Shown here one piece after another: positions 38,111-47,022 of a stretch of 47,022 nucleotides of DNA. Made by a program: the position numbers and the translations under genes. The notes beneath the pieces were generated by a model. The model was not told the origin of the DNA. It made no database searches and saw only the letters and a list, made by a program, of their open reading frames with translations. Location: positions 1 to 47,022 of the forward strand of contig DATGPR010000007.1 of NCBI GenBank assembly GCA_035304725.1, read 5' to 3'. The DNA comes from Arenimonas sp. Its GTDB lineage: Bacteria; Pseudomonadota; Gammaproteobacteria; Xanthomonadales; Xanthomonadaceae. Position 1 is the first letter of the stretch; each line of letters opens with the position of its first letter.

Positions 38111-40618
38111 CTAGCGGTTCCGTACCTGCTTGCCGAGCACGCGCTGCACCGTCGCCAGCGGCTTGAACAGTTCCAGTACCAGGCCGCTGGCCGCGCCGAG
38201 CAGGGCCGCCTTCAGGGCATCGGCCGGGGCGGGCAGGGCGAAGTGGAAGAGTTCGCGCAGGGCCGGCTGCAGGATGCAGGCGGCCAGTACCGTCGTGGCG
38301 CCCAGGGCGATCAGCAGGTAGGCCAGGCCGCGGGAACCGGTCCAGGCGCCGCGACGCCGGGCCAGGGTGGCCACCAGGGCCAGGTTGCCGGCGGTGATCG
38401 CGATCATGGCCAGGGTGCGGGCCTCTTCCTCGCCCATGCCCTTGGCCGCCGCCAGCAGGTAGGTGCCCAGGCTGGCCGCCAGCACCACCGCGCCCAGCAG
38501 CACGCCCAGGATCAATTGCGGCGCGGCCACCAGCGCCTCGTCCAGCGGTCGCGGCGGCTGCCGCATCAAGTCCGGCTCCTCCGGCTGGCCCTCGAAGGCG
38601 ATCGAGCACATCGGGTCGATCACCATCTCGATCAGCACCACATGCGCCGGCAGCAGCAGGGGCGGGAAGCCCAGCAGCAGCGGCAGCACCGCCAGGCCGG
38701 CAATCGGCACGTGGATGGCGACGATGTAGAGCATCACCTTGCGCAGGTTGTCGAAGATGCGCCGGCCCTGGCGCACGGCGGTGACGATCAGGCCGAAGTC
38801 CTCCTCCATCAGCACCAGCGGCGCCGCCTCGCGGGCGACGTCGGTGCCGCGCTTGCCCATGGCGATGCCGATGTGCGCCGACTTCAGGGCCGGCGCGTCG
38901 TTGACGCCGTCACCGGTCATGGCCACCACGCCGTCATCGGCCTTGAGCGCTTCCACCAGGCGCAGCTTCTGTTCCGGCCGCACCCGCGCGAACACGTTGC
39001 AGCGGCGGGCGGCAGCGGCGAAGGCGGGCGCGTCCATGCCGTCGAGCTCGGCGCCGGTGATCACCTCATCGGGATGGTCGAGGCCGGCCTGGGTGGCGAT
39101 GGCGCGGGCGGTGGCGGCGAAATCGCCGGTCATCATCACCACCCGGATGCCGGCGGCGCGGGCCTCGGCCATGGCGGCCGGCACGCTGGGCCGCAGCGGA
39201 TCCTCGAATCCGACCAGGCCATGCCAGCGCAGCGGGATCTGCGAGGCTGTCGCCGGCATCGGCCCGTCGATCTCGGCCTCGGCCACGCCGAGCAGGCGCA
39301 GGCCGCGTTCGGCGGCGGCGGTGGCGCGGGCCTGCACCGCCTGGCGCTGCGCTTCGTCCAGGCCGCAGAGGCGGGCCACCGCTTCCGGCGCGCCCTTGCA
39401 GGCGATGCGCAGGCGGCCGGTGGTGGGCAGGGCATGCGCCACGGTCAGGGCCGGCAGTTCCGGCGACACCGGCAGGTGGGCGAATTCGCATTGCACGAGA
39501 TCGGCCGGTGCCAAGGCCTGCAGGGCGCGGTCCATCGGATCCATGGAATGGGCGCGGCTGGCCAGCACGGCGGCACGCAGCAGCGGCTGCAGGGCTTCCG
39601 GCACCTCGCCCTTGCCGGGTTCGAAGCCGTCGCGGCCATCGTCCAGCCAGGCCACGCGCATGCGGTTCTCGGTCAGGGTGCCGGTCTTGTCGACACAGAG
39701 CACGGTGGCGGCGCCCAGGGTTTCGACCACGGCGGCACGCCGCACCAGCACACCGACCCGCGCCATGCGCCAGGCGCCCAGCGCCAGGAATACCGCCAGC
39801 GCCAGCGGGAATTCCTCGGGCAGCAGCGACATCGCCGCCGCGATCGAGGCCAGCAGGCCCTGCACCCACTGGCCGCTCTTCAGACCGTGGAAGAGCAGCA
39901 GCGAGCCGCTGACCGCCAGCGCCAGCAAACCGAACAGGCGCACCAGCCTTGCGGTATTGCGCTGCAGGCGGGTGGATTCGACGTCGATGCTGCCCAGGGC
40001 CTCGCCGATCTGGCCGCTGCGGGTGGCGGTGCCGGTGCGCAGCACCTCGGCCAGGCCGCTGCCGCCGACCACCAGGGTGCCGGCGAACGCTTCGCCGGAC
40101 TCGCCTTCGCTGCCCGCGTGCTTGTCCACCGGCACGCTCTCGCCGGTGAGCAGGGATTCGTCCACGGCCAGGGCGCGGCAGGCGAGCAGGCGGCCGTCGG
40201 CGGGCACGCGGGCGCCTTCCTCCAGCACCATCAGGTCGCCGGGCACCAGCTCCGCGGCCGGCAGCTTGCGGCTGCGGCCCTCGCGCAACACCACCGCCAT
40301 CGGCGCGCCCAGGGAACGCAGGGCTTCCAGCGCCCGTTCGCTGCGCCGTTCCTGCACCACGACCAGACCGATGGTGACGCCGGCGAACACCGCCAGCAGC
40401 AGGCCTTCGGACAGTTCGCCCAGCAGCAGGTAGGCGCCGGCGGCCAGGGCCAGCAGCAGGAACATCGGCTCGGTCATCACCTGGGCGGCGATGCGGCCGA
40501 TGCCGCGGCGGGGCGGCGGCGGCAGTTCGTTGCGGCCGTGCCGGGCGAGGCGGCGGGCGGCCTCGGCCTCGCTCAGGCCCTGCCGCTCATTCGAGCTGGG
40601 CACGGGCGAATTCGCCAT
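38111..40618 (-). CDS. Cation-translocating P-type ATPase (P2-type); start uncertain (ATG 40618 or GTG 40603)
   Basis: GLSEAEA..GRNEL, LTGES, PEEFP, DKTGT, KGAPE, MTGD, GDGVNDAP. Confidence 0.93.
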   Translation of the reverse strand: MANSPVPSSNERQGLSEAEAARRLARHGRNELPPPPRRGIGRIAAQVMTEPMFLLLALAAGAYLLLGELSEGLLLAVFAGVTIGLVVVQERRSERALEALRSLGAPMAVVLREGRSRKLPAAELVPGDLMVLEEGARVPADGRLLACRALAVDESLLTGESVPVDKHAGSEGESGEAFAGTLVVGGSGLAEVLRTGTATRSGQIGEALGSIDVESTRLQRNTARLVRLFGLLALAVSGSLLLFHGLKSGQWVQGLLASIAAAMSLLPEEFPLALAVFLALGAWRMARVGVLVRRAAVVETLGAATVLCVDKTGTLTENRMRVAWLDDGRDGFEPGKGEVPEALQPLLRAAVLASRAHSMDPMDRALQALAPADLVQCEFAHLPVSPELPALTVAHALPTTGRLRIACKGAPEAVARLCGLDEAQRQAVQARATAAAERGLRLLGVAEAEIDGPMPATASQIPLRWHGLVGFEDPLRPSVPAAMAEARAAGIRVVMMTGDFAATARAIATQAGLDHPDEVITGAELDGMDAPAFAAAARRCNVFARVRPEQKLRLVEALKADDGVVAMTGDGVNDAPALKSAHIGIAMGKRGTDVAREAAPLVLMEEDFGLIVTAVRQGRRIFDNLRKVMLYIVAIHVPIAGLAVLPLLLGFPPLLLPAHVVLIEMVIDPMCSIAFEGQPEEPDLMRQPPRPLDEALVAAPQLILGVLLGAVVLAASLGTYLLAAAKGMGEEEARTLAMIAITAGNLALVATLARRRGAWTGSRGLAYLLIALGATTVLAACILQPALRELFHFALPAPADALKAALLGAASGLVLELFKPLATVQRVLGKQVRNR

Positions 40619-41444
40619 CCAGGGCTTCCATGGCATCGCGGGGCTTGAGCTTGCCGGCCTTCTCGTAGGCCGCCGCGGCCTCGTCCTCGCCATCCTCGCC
40701 GTGCAGGAGCAGCAGCATGGCGGCGTGTTCGTTGTGTGCCACCGGCGCCTTCGGGATCAGCTTGAGGGCGGTGGCCATGTGCTTCTCGGCGGCGCTGGCC
40801 TTGGCGCCGTAGGTGAGGCCGCCGACCATGGCGCCGACCTTGCCGATGATCTCGGCGTGGTACTGGGCCATGGCCAGGTGCGCCTCGGCGTGTTTGGGCT
40901 CGAGCTCCAGCGCCTTGTCCAGCGCCTTCCTGACCTTGCCGGCCAGGCCCATCTTCAGCGCCTTGGCGATGCTGATGCCCTGGCTGTAACGGCCCAGGCC
41001 GAAGGCGTAGCGGTAATGGCTGTTGGCCTCGCCGGGCAGGGCGGCGATGGCCGCTTCCGCGAGCCTGGCCACTTCCTCGAAGCGCTTGAGCTGCTCGGCT
41101 TCGCTGTCCACCAGGTGGGTGGCGTGGATGCCCAGGGCCTTGCAGGCCACCGAGGCGCCGACCGGGCCCAGGGCGACGCCGGCCTCGTAGGCCTGCTGGA
41201 AATCGCCACGGTGGAAAGCCCGCCAGGCCTCCTGCAGGGCCTCGGCCAGGCCGTCGGCGTCCAGGCCCTTGGGCGCGGCCTTGCCGGCGGCCTTGATCAG
41301 GGCGGCGGCGCGCTTGCTGTCCGGAAAGGGCTCGGCGTCGCCGGCGTGCAGCTCCGGCCAGGCCTTTTTCAGCTTGTCACCGGCGTAGTCGAAGCCCTTG
41401 GCATCGTGCGGGAAGCGGGCCCAGGCGGATTTCTTCGCGGCCAT
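40587..41444 (-). CDS. Conserved cytoplasmic helical-repeat (TPR-like) protein
   Basis: AGGAG SD before ATG 41444; no signal peptide; TPR-like helices (ALELEPKHAEAHLAMA). Confidence 0.82.
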   Translation of the reverse strand: MAAKKSAWARFPHDAKGFDYAGDKLKKAWPELHAGDAEPFPDSKRAAALIKAAGKAAPKGLDADGLAEALQEAWRAFHRGDFQQAYEAGVALGPVGASVACKALGIHATHLVDSEAEQLKRFEEVARLAEAAIAALPGEANSHYRYAFGLGRYSQGISIAKALKMGLAGKVRKALDKALELEPKHAEAHLAMAQYHAEIIGKVGAMVGGLTYGAKASAAEKHMATALKLIPKAPVAHNEHAAMLLLLHGEDGEDEAAAAYEKAGKLKPRDAMEALDGEFARAQLE

Positions 41445-41583
41445 CGGCGGTCTCCTGACAGGGACGCCCAGCTTGTCCCGAGGTCCGCCGGGCCGCAAGC
41501 GGGCTAGTGTGAAAACTCGACGCAAGGGAACCAGACTCCGGGCCGATACCGGCCCTTTTCGGCCGCACGACACGAGGTGAACC

Positions 41584-42054
41584 ATGACCCGTTCGACCCG
41601 TTCCGCCAGCAAGGCCCGCCGTCCGGCCCGCGCCGCCGCCACCCCCGTCACCGCCCGCAACGTGCTGCTGGCCGGCCTGGGCGCCGTGGCCCTCGGCCGC
41701 CGCCAGGCTGCCCAGGCCGTCGAGGCCCTGGCCACCGCCCCCGAGAGCCTGCGCGAGCGCGCCTGCGCCGCTGCCGGCCAGGCCCGTCGTGAGGTCGAGA
41801 AGCTGCGCAAGCAGGCGGAGAAGAAGATCGCCCCGCTGCGCAAGCAGGCCGAGGCCAAGGTGGCGCCGCTGCGCAAGCAGGCGCTGGCCTTCGCCGACCA
41901 GGCCCAGGCCGAGTTCGAGGCCCGCCTGCAGCCGGTGCTCGTGCGCTTCGGCCTGGCCGACACGCCGGCCCGCGCCCGTCGCCGTCCGGCCGCGAAGAAG
42001 GCCAGCCGCCGTCCGGCGGCCCGCCAGGCCGCCAAGCGCGCCCGCCGCGCCTGA
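41584..42054 (+). CDS. Phasin/PhaF-like basic amphipathic protein
   Basis: GAGG SD; RNVLLAGLGAV resembles the PhaF/PhaI N-terminal motif; 11-aa repeats; Ala/Lys/Arg-rich tail. Confidence 0.65.
   Translation: MTRSTRSASKARRPARAAATPVTARNVLLAGLGAVALGRRQAAQAVEALATAPESLRERACAAAGQARREVEKLRKQAEKKIAPLRKQAEAKVAPLRKQALAFADQAQAEFEARLQPVLVRFGLADTPARARRRPAAKKASRRPAARQAAKRARRA
41802..41882 (+). repeat. 33-bp period coding repeat (3 x GCTGCGCAAGCAGGC core)
   Basis: Core at 41802, 41835 and 41868, encoding LRKQA every 11 residues. Confidence 0.9.
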
Positions 42055-42091
42055 TTTCTCTCTCTCCTTGACCCGTCAGTTGGGAGACTCC

Positions 42092-42124
42092 CGCCCCGGC
42101 CGCCAGGCCGGGGCGTTTTTCTTT
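42092..42124 (+). terminator. Rho-independent terminator
   Basis: CGCCCCGGCC-GCCA-GGCCGGGGCG then TTTTTCTTT. Confidence 0.92.
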
Positions 42125-42210
42125 GCGCGACGGCATTGCCGGCCGCGCTGGCGGGGCCAACGGCGCATCGGGGATAATCGCCCACCTCTCGCGCCGATTT
42201 CCGGAGTTCC

Positions 42211-43083
42211 ATGAGCGCCCGCATCCTCGATGGCAAGGGCATTGCCGAAGCCCTGCTGGACGACCTGGCCAAGCGCGTCCAGGCCCGGCTCGCCGCCGGC
42301 AAGCCGGCGCCCGGCCTGGCGGTGGTGCTGGTGGGCGACGACCCGGCCTCGGCCGTCTACGTGCGCAACAAGCGCCGCGCCGCCGCCAAGGTCGGCATCC
42401 GCGCCGTGGACTACGACCTGCCGGCCGGCACCAGTGACGAGGAACTGCTGGCGCTGATCGACCAACTCAATGCCGACCCGGCCATCCACGGCATCCTGGT
42501 GCAGCTGCCGCTGCCGGGCGGCCGCGACGCCAGCGCGCTGATCCACCGCATCGATCCGCGCAAGGACGTCGACGGCTTCCACCCCGAGAACGTCGGCCAC
42601 CTGGCCCTGCGCCAGTTCGGCCTCCGCCCCTGCACGCCGCGCGGCATCACCACCCTGCTGGCCTATACCGACCAGCCGGTGCGCGGCCGCAGCGCCACCA
42701 TCGTCGGCGTCAGCAACCACGTCGGCCGGCCGATGGCGCTGGAACTGCTGATCGCCGGCTGCACCACCACCTGCTGCCACAAGTTCACCCCGCGCGAGGT
42801 GCTGGAACAGCACGTGCGCGGCGCCGACATCCTGGTGGTGGCGGTGGGCCGGCCGGGCATCATCCCGGGCGAGTGGGTGAAGCCCGGCGCCGTGGTCATC
42901 GACGTCGGCATCAACCGGCTCGAGGACGGCCGCCTGGTGGGCGACGTCGGCTTCGAGGAAGCCGCCAAGCGCGCTTCCTGGATCACGCCCGTGCCCGGCG
43001 GCGTCGGCCCGATGACCGTGGCCACGCTGATGCAGAACACGCTTGAGGCCGCCGAGGCCTTCGATACGCTGCCCACATCCTGA
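42211..43083 (+). CDS. folD: Methylenetetrahydrofolate dehydrogenase/cyclohydrolase
   Basis: [40 protein letters not shown]. Confidence 0.97.
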   Translation: MSARILDGKGIAEALLDDLAKRVQARLAAGKPAPGLAVVLVGDDPASAVYVRNKRRAAAKVGIRAVDYDLPAGTSDEELLALIDQLNADPAIHGILVQLPLPGGRDASALIHRIDPRKDVDGFHPENVGHLALRQFGLRPCTPRGITTLLAYTDQPVRGRSATIVGVSNHVGRPMALELLIAGCTTTCCHKFTPREVLEQHVRGADILVVAVGRPGIIPGEWVKPGAVVIDVGINRLEDGRLVGDVGFEEAAKRASWITPVPGGVGPMTVATLMQNTLEAAEAFDTLPTS

Positions 43084-43109
43084 GCGCCGACAGGGAGGCC
43101 GGACCGCCG

Positions 43110-44000
43110 ATGAGGAAGACGCACCGCCGCCCCACGCACCTCGCCATCGCGACCCTGGCAGCGCTGCTGGCGCTGCTGGCCGGCTGCGCCGCCATCGCCG
43201 GCCGCGCCGGCGACCGCCTGGCCTCGCAACTGGGCAATGCCGTGGTCAACAGCGACGACCCGGCCACCGTCCGCGACGGCCTGCCGGCCTACCTGCTGCT
43301 GATCGACGGCCTGATCGCCGACGGCAAGCCCGATTCGCCGGCCAAGGCCGGCCTGCTGCTGGCGGCGGCCGAACTCAACGGCGCCTATGCCGGCAACTTC
43401 ACCGGCGACGACGAGGCGAGGGCGCGCCGCCTGGCCGACAAGGCCCTGGCCTATGCCCGCCGCGGCATCTGCGTCACCGACCAGGCGATCTGCGACGCGC
43501 TCGATGGCGACATTCCGGCCTTCGAAGCGGCGGTAGCGAAGGCACCGGCCGACGAGGTGAAGGCCCTGTACGGCCTGGCCGCCGCCTGGGCCGGCGTGCT
43601 GCAGGCCAACAGCGGCGACTGGGGCCGGATCGCCGAGCTGCCCAAGGTGCAGGCCCTGCTGGACCGGGTGGTGGAACTCGATCCCGGCCACGCCGGCGGC
43701 ATGGCCCAGGTCTACCTGGGCGTGCTGCATTCGCTGCGGCCGGAATCCTTCGGCGGCCAGCCCGAGCGCGGGCGCCAGCATTTCGAGAAGGCCATTGCCC
43801 TGAGCGACGGCCACAACCTGATGGCCAAGGCCCTCATGGCCGAGTTCTATGCCCGCCTGGTCTTCGACCAGGACCTGCACGACCGCCTGCTGGGCGAGGT
43901 GCTGGCCGCCGACCCGAGCGCGCCCGGCTATACCCTGATGAACGTGCTGGCGCAGGAGAGGGCGCGTAAGCTGCTGGAAAGCGGCAAGGACTATTTCTGA
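43110..44000 (+). CDS. TRAP transporter T-component (TatT-like TPR lipoprotein)
   Basis: Lipobox LAGC; DDPATVRDGLPAYLLLIDGL, ELDP...GG...HFEKA; directly upstream of dctPQM. Confidence 0.85.
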   Translation: MRKTHRRPTHLAIATLAALLALLAGCAAIAGRAGDRLASQLGNAVVNSDDPATVRDGLPAYLLLIDGLIADGKPDSPAKAGLLLAAAELNGAYAGNFTGDDEARARRLADKALAYARRGICVTDQAICDALDGDIPAFEAAVAKAPADEVKALYGLAAAWAGVLQANSGDWGRIAELPKVQALLDRVVELDPGHAGGMAQVYLGVLHSLRPESFGGQPERGRQHFEKAIALSDGHNLMAKALMAEFYARLVFDQDLHDRLLGEVLAADPSAPGYTLMNVLAQERARKLLESGKDYF

Positions 44001-44008
44001 GGCGAGGG

Positions 44009-45007
44009 ATGATGAGCCGAGGTATCCGCGCAACGCTGTTCGTCCTGACCTGCCTGCTGGCGGGCGTGGCCGGCGCGCAGCAGATCAAGATCGCCACCCT
44101 GGCGCCGGAAGGCTCGGCCTGGATGCGCGAACTGCGTGCCGCCGCCGCCGAGGTCAAGGCCGGCACCGAGGGCAGGGTGGAGGTGAAGTTCTACCCGGGC
44201 GGCGTGATGGGCAACGATGCGGTGGTGCTGCGCAAGATGCGCCTGGGCCAGCTGCAGGGCGGCGTCTTCACCGGCAGCGAGCTGTCGCTGGTGTATCCGG
44301 ATTCGCAGCTGTACAGCCTGCCTTTCCTGTTCCGCGACTGGGACGAGGTGGCGGCGGTGCGGGCCGAGGTGGATCCGCTGCTGGCGCAGGGCTTCGAGAA
44401 GAACGGCCTGCGCATGCTCGGCCTGAGCGGCGTCGGCTTCGCCTACATCATGGGCAACAAGCCGCTGCGCCGGCGCGAGGACGTGGCCGGCATCAAGCTC
44501 TGGGTACCGCAGACCGACAGCATCGCCATCCGTACGTTCGAACTGGGCGGCGTCAGCCCGATCCCGCTGCCGATCGGCGATGTCTTCACCGCCCTGCAGA
44601 CCGGCATGGTGGACACCGTGGCCAACACGCCCAATGGGGCCATCGCCCTGCAGTGGCATGGCCGCCTGCGCAGCCTGGTGGACCTGCCGCTGAGCTACGT
44701 CGTCGGCTACCTGGTGCTGGACGAGAAGGCCTGGAAGAAGCTTTCACCGGCCGACCAGCAGGTGCTGGCCCAGGCCTTCGCCGCCGCCGCCAGGCGCATG
44801 GACGAGAACCTGCGCGGCGACGAGGCCGAGGCACTGGCGGCCCTGCGCAGGCAGGGCCTGGTGGTCACCGAGCTGGAGCCCGACGAAGCCGCCCGCTGGC
44901 GCGCCATCGGCGAGCAGGTGATGGCCGAGCTCGAGGGCAAGCAGGCGATCTCGCCGGCGCTGCTGGCCGAAGTCCGCCGCATCCTGGACCGGAAGCGGGC
45001 CGACTGA
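44009..45007 (+). CDS. dctP: TRAP substrate-binding protein DctP (TatP-type)
   Basis: Signal peptide; IKIATLAPEGSAW, FYPGGVMG, LPFLF, ALQTGMVD. Confidence 0.92.
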   Translation: MMSRGIRATLFVLTCLLAGVAGAQQIKIATLAPEGSAWMRELRAAAAEVKAGTEGRVEVKFYPGGVMGNDAVVLRKMRLGQLQGGVFTGSELSLVYPDSQLYSLPFLFRDWDEVAAVRAEVDPLLAQGFEKNGLRMLGLSGVGFAYIMGNKPLRRREDVAGIKLWVPQTDSIAIRTFELGGVSPIPLPIGDVFTALQTGMVDTVANTPNGAIALQWHGRLRSLVDLPLSYVVGYLVLDEKAWKKLSPADQQVLAQAFAAAARRMDENLRGDEAEALAALRRQGLVVTELEPDEAARWRAIGEQVMAELEGKQAISPALLAEVRRILDRKRAD

Positions 45008-45523
45008 ATGGACGGGCAGGGCGCCGCCCGGCGCTGGCTGCAGCGCCTGCACCGCGTGGAAGACGGCCTGCTGGCGGCCCTGGTGCTGGCCCTGCTGCTG
45101 CTGTCGGTGACGCAGATCGGCCTGCGCGTGTTCTTCGACAGTGGCCTGGCCTGGGGCGAGGCGGCCGGCCGCGCCGGCGTGTTCTGGCTGGCCCTGCTGG
45201 GCGCGCTCGGCGCCACCCGTGATCGCCGGCATATCGCCATCGATGCCTTGCCGCGCTTCCTGCCGCCGTTCTGGCGCCGGCTGAGCTGGGTGGTGGCGCA
45301 ACTGGCCGCCGCCGTGCTCTGCGCGGTGCTGGCCTGGCTGGGCTGGGGCCTGGTCGAACTCGAGCGCGAGGCGCCGGTGCCCTTCATCGAAGGCATTCCG
45401 AGCTGGGTGCCGATGCTGGCCCTGCCGATCGGCTTCGGCCTGATGGCCATCCGCTTCCTCATCGCGGCGAAGGCGGGGCCGGGCGACCCGGTCGCCGGCA
45501 TCGCCGGGGAGGAAGCGGCATGA
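45008..45523 (+). CDS. dctQ: TRAP small permease DctQ
   Basis: Four TM helices, QIGLRVFF, RHIAID. Confidence 0.9.
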   Translation: MDGQGAARRWLQRLHRVEDGLLAALVLALLLLSVTQIGLRVFFDSGLAWGEAAGRAGVFWLALLGALGATRDRRHIAIDALPRFLPPFWRRLSWVVAQLAAAVLCAVLAWLGWGLVELEREAPVPFIEGIPSWVPMLALPIGFGLMAIRFLIAAKAGPGDPVAGIAGEEAA

Positions 45524-46797
45524 GCCTGTGGCTGGGCCTGCTGATCCTGCTGGCGCTGGCGGCCCTGGGCATGCCGCTGTTCGCCCTGATCGCCGGCGTG
45601 GCCCTGCTGGGTTTCCACCTGGCCGGCTACGACCTGGTGGTGCTGGCGGTGGAGCTGTACCGGCTGGGCGACCTGCCGGGACTGGTGACCATCCCGCTGT
45701 TCGCCCTGGCCGGCTACCTGCTGGGGGAGAGCGGGGCGCCGAAAAGGCTGGTGCGGCTGTCGAACGCCCTGCTGGGCTGGCTGCCGGGTGGCCTGGCCAT
45801 CGTCGCCATCGTTGCCTGCGCCTTCTTCACCGCCTTCACCGGTGCCTCCGGCGTGACCATCGTGGCCCTGGGCGCGCTGCTGTACCCGGCGCTGCGCCAG
45901 GCCGGGTATTCCGAACGCTACAGCCTGGGCCTGGTCACCGCCGGCGGCAGCCTGGGCCTGCTGTTCGCGCCCTCGCTGCCGCTGATCCTCTATGGCTTCG
46001 TGGCGGGGCAGGCGGCCGGCGGCGAGGTGAGCATTCCCGACCTGTTCCTGGCCGGCCTGCTGCCCGGCGCGCTGATGATGGCCCTGCTGTCGCTGCAGGC
46101 GATGCGCGAGGGCTGGCGCCTGCCGCGCGGCGCCCGCTTCTCCTGGCCGGAGCTGGCCGGCGCCCTGAAGGAAAGCGCCTGGGAGCTGCCGCTGCCGGTG
46201 ATCGTGCTGGGCGGCATCTATTCCGGCCTGCTGGCGGCCAGCGAGGCCGCGGCTGTGACGGCACTTTATGTATTGCTCGTAACTGTCTTCATCAAAAGGG
46301 AAATTTCCCTGCGGAAGCTGCCCACAGTGATGGCCGAGGCGGTGCGCCTGGTCGGCGCCGTGCTGCTGATCCTGGGGGCAGCCCTGGCCCTGTCGGCCTG
46401 GCTGGTGGACCAGGAGGTACCGACCCGGCTGTTCGAATGGCTGAGCCGGCACGTGGAAAGCCCGCTGGCCTTCCTGCTGCTGCTCAACCTGTTCCTGCTG
46501 GCCGTGGGCATGCTGCTGGACATCTTCTCGGCAGTGGTGATCCTGGTGCCGCTGCTGCTGCCGGTGGCGGCCGCCTTCGGCATCCACCCGGTGCACCTGG
46601 GCATCGTCATGCTGGCCAACCTGCAGCTGGGCTACTTCACCCCGCCGGTGGGCATGAACCTGTTCATCGCCGCCTACCGTTTCGGCCGGCCGATCGGCAC
46701 CCTGGTCCGGGCCTGCATCCCCTTCTTCCTGGTGCTGCTGGCGGCGCTGCTGCTCATCACCTGGTGGCCGGGCCTGTCCCTGGCCCTGCTGGGCTGA
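45520..46797 (+). CDS. dctM: TRAP large permease DctM
   Basis: [40 protein letters not shown]; ATGA overlap. Confidence 0.93.
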   Translation: MSLWLGLLILLALAALGMPLFALIAGVALLGFHLAGYDLVVLAVELYRLGDLPGLVTIPLFALAGYLLGESGAPKRLVRLSNALLGWLPGGLAIVAIVACAFFTAFTGASGVTIVALGALLYPALRQAGYSERYSLGLVTAGGSLGLLFAPSLPLILYGFVAGQAAGGEVSIPDLFLAGLLPGALMMALLSLQAMREGWRLPRGARFSWPELAGALKESAWELPLPVIVLGGIYSGLLAASEAAAVTALYVLLVTVFIKREISLRKLPTVMAEAVRLVGAVLLILGAALALSAWLVDQEVPTRLFEWLSRHVESPLAFLLLLNLFLLAVGMLLDIFSAVVILVPLLLPVAAAFGIHPVHLGIVMLANLQLGYFTPPVGMNLFIAAYRFGRPIGTLVRACIPFFLVLLAALLLITWWPGLSLALLG

Positions 46798-46860
46798 CGG
46801 GACGCCAACCGGCCTGCACCGTTGCAGCCGCCGGGCCGCCGTGGAGGCGGGCCGGCAGGC

Positions 46861-46866
46861 TATAAT
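46861..46866 (+). promoter_or_regulatory. -10 element of guaB
   Basis: Perfect TATAAT followed by a GC-rich discriminator; no clear -35. Confidence 0.7.
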
Positions 46867-46894
46867 GCCGCGCTTCCTCAACCCGGAGCCGCCC

Positions 46895-47022
46895 ATGCTG
46901 CGCATCCAGGCCGAAGCGCTCACCTTCGACGACGTCTCCCTCGTCCCCGCCCACTCCACGGTCCTGCCCAAGGACGTCAGCCTGGCCACCCGCCTCACGC
47001 GTGGCATCAAACTGAACCTGCC
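46895..47022 (+). CDS. guaB: IMP dehydrogenase, N-terminal fragment (3' truncated by window edge)
   Basis: Hand translation [42 protein letters not shown]; GGAG SD. Confidence 0.95.
   Translation, partial: MLRIQAEALTFDDVSLVPAHSTVLPKDVSLATRLTRGIKLNL

Noticed and set aside
41802-41882. Regularly spaced repeats as a mini-CRISPR
   Set aside because: 15-bp core with 33-bp in-frame period inside a CDS, similar spacers, and no cas genes
46261-46290. TTATGT resembling the XerD arm of a dif site
   Set aside because: There is no XerC arm or TTATGTTAAAT match, and it lies inside a CDS

Overview
High-GC (about 70% by eye), very compact chromosomal window from a Xanthomonadales/Lysobacteraceae-type gammaproteobacterium (inferred from gene order and protein style). 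It is mostly conserved backbone: class I fumarase (3' end), cspA, GST, yliI-tesA/ybbAP, tcdA, tatD, gcdH plus a fused 2-oxoacid dehydrogenase E1, ygfZ, DUF1674-sdhCDAB-sdhE-ygfX, lolCE-lolD-comEC-exbBD-msbA-lpxK-kdsB-ptp-(Trx/NHL)-uvrC-pgsA, four tRNAs (Gly, Cys, Leu, Val), an FMN glutamate-synthase-like gene, a P-type ATPase, folD, a four-gene TatT-TRAP (TPAT) transporter and the start of guaB. I found no integrase, transposase, CRISPR array or defence island. The best lead for an undescribed system is at 40.6-46.8 kb: a TPAT transporter next to a signal-less TatT-like TPR protein and a PhaF-like amphipathic-repeat protein, possibly a lipid import and handling module. Other leads are gcdH paired with a fused E1 (candidate 2-oxoadipate dehydrogenase), two small ORFs in the sdh operon absent from the ORF track, an SxxC thioredoxin-NHL protein, an FHA-adenylate cyclase, an AT-rich palindromic patch inside dctM, and a tRNA-Leu(UAA) running straight into a CDS. 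All family assignments come from motif recognition by eye, not database searches.
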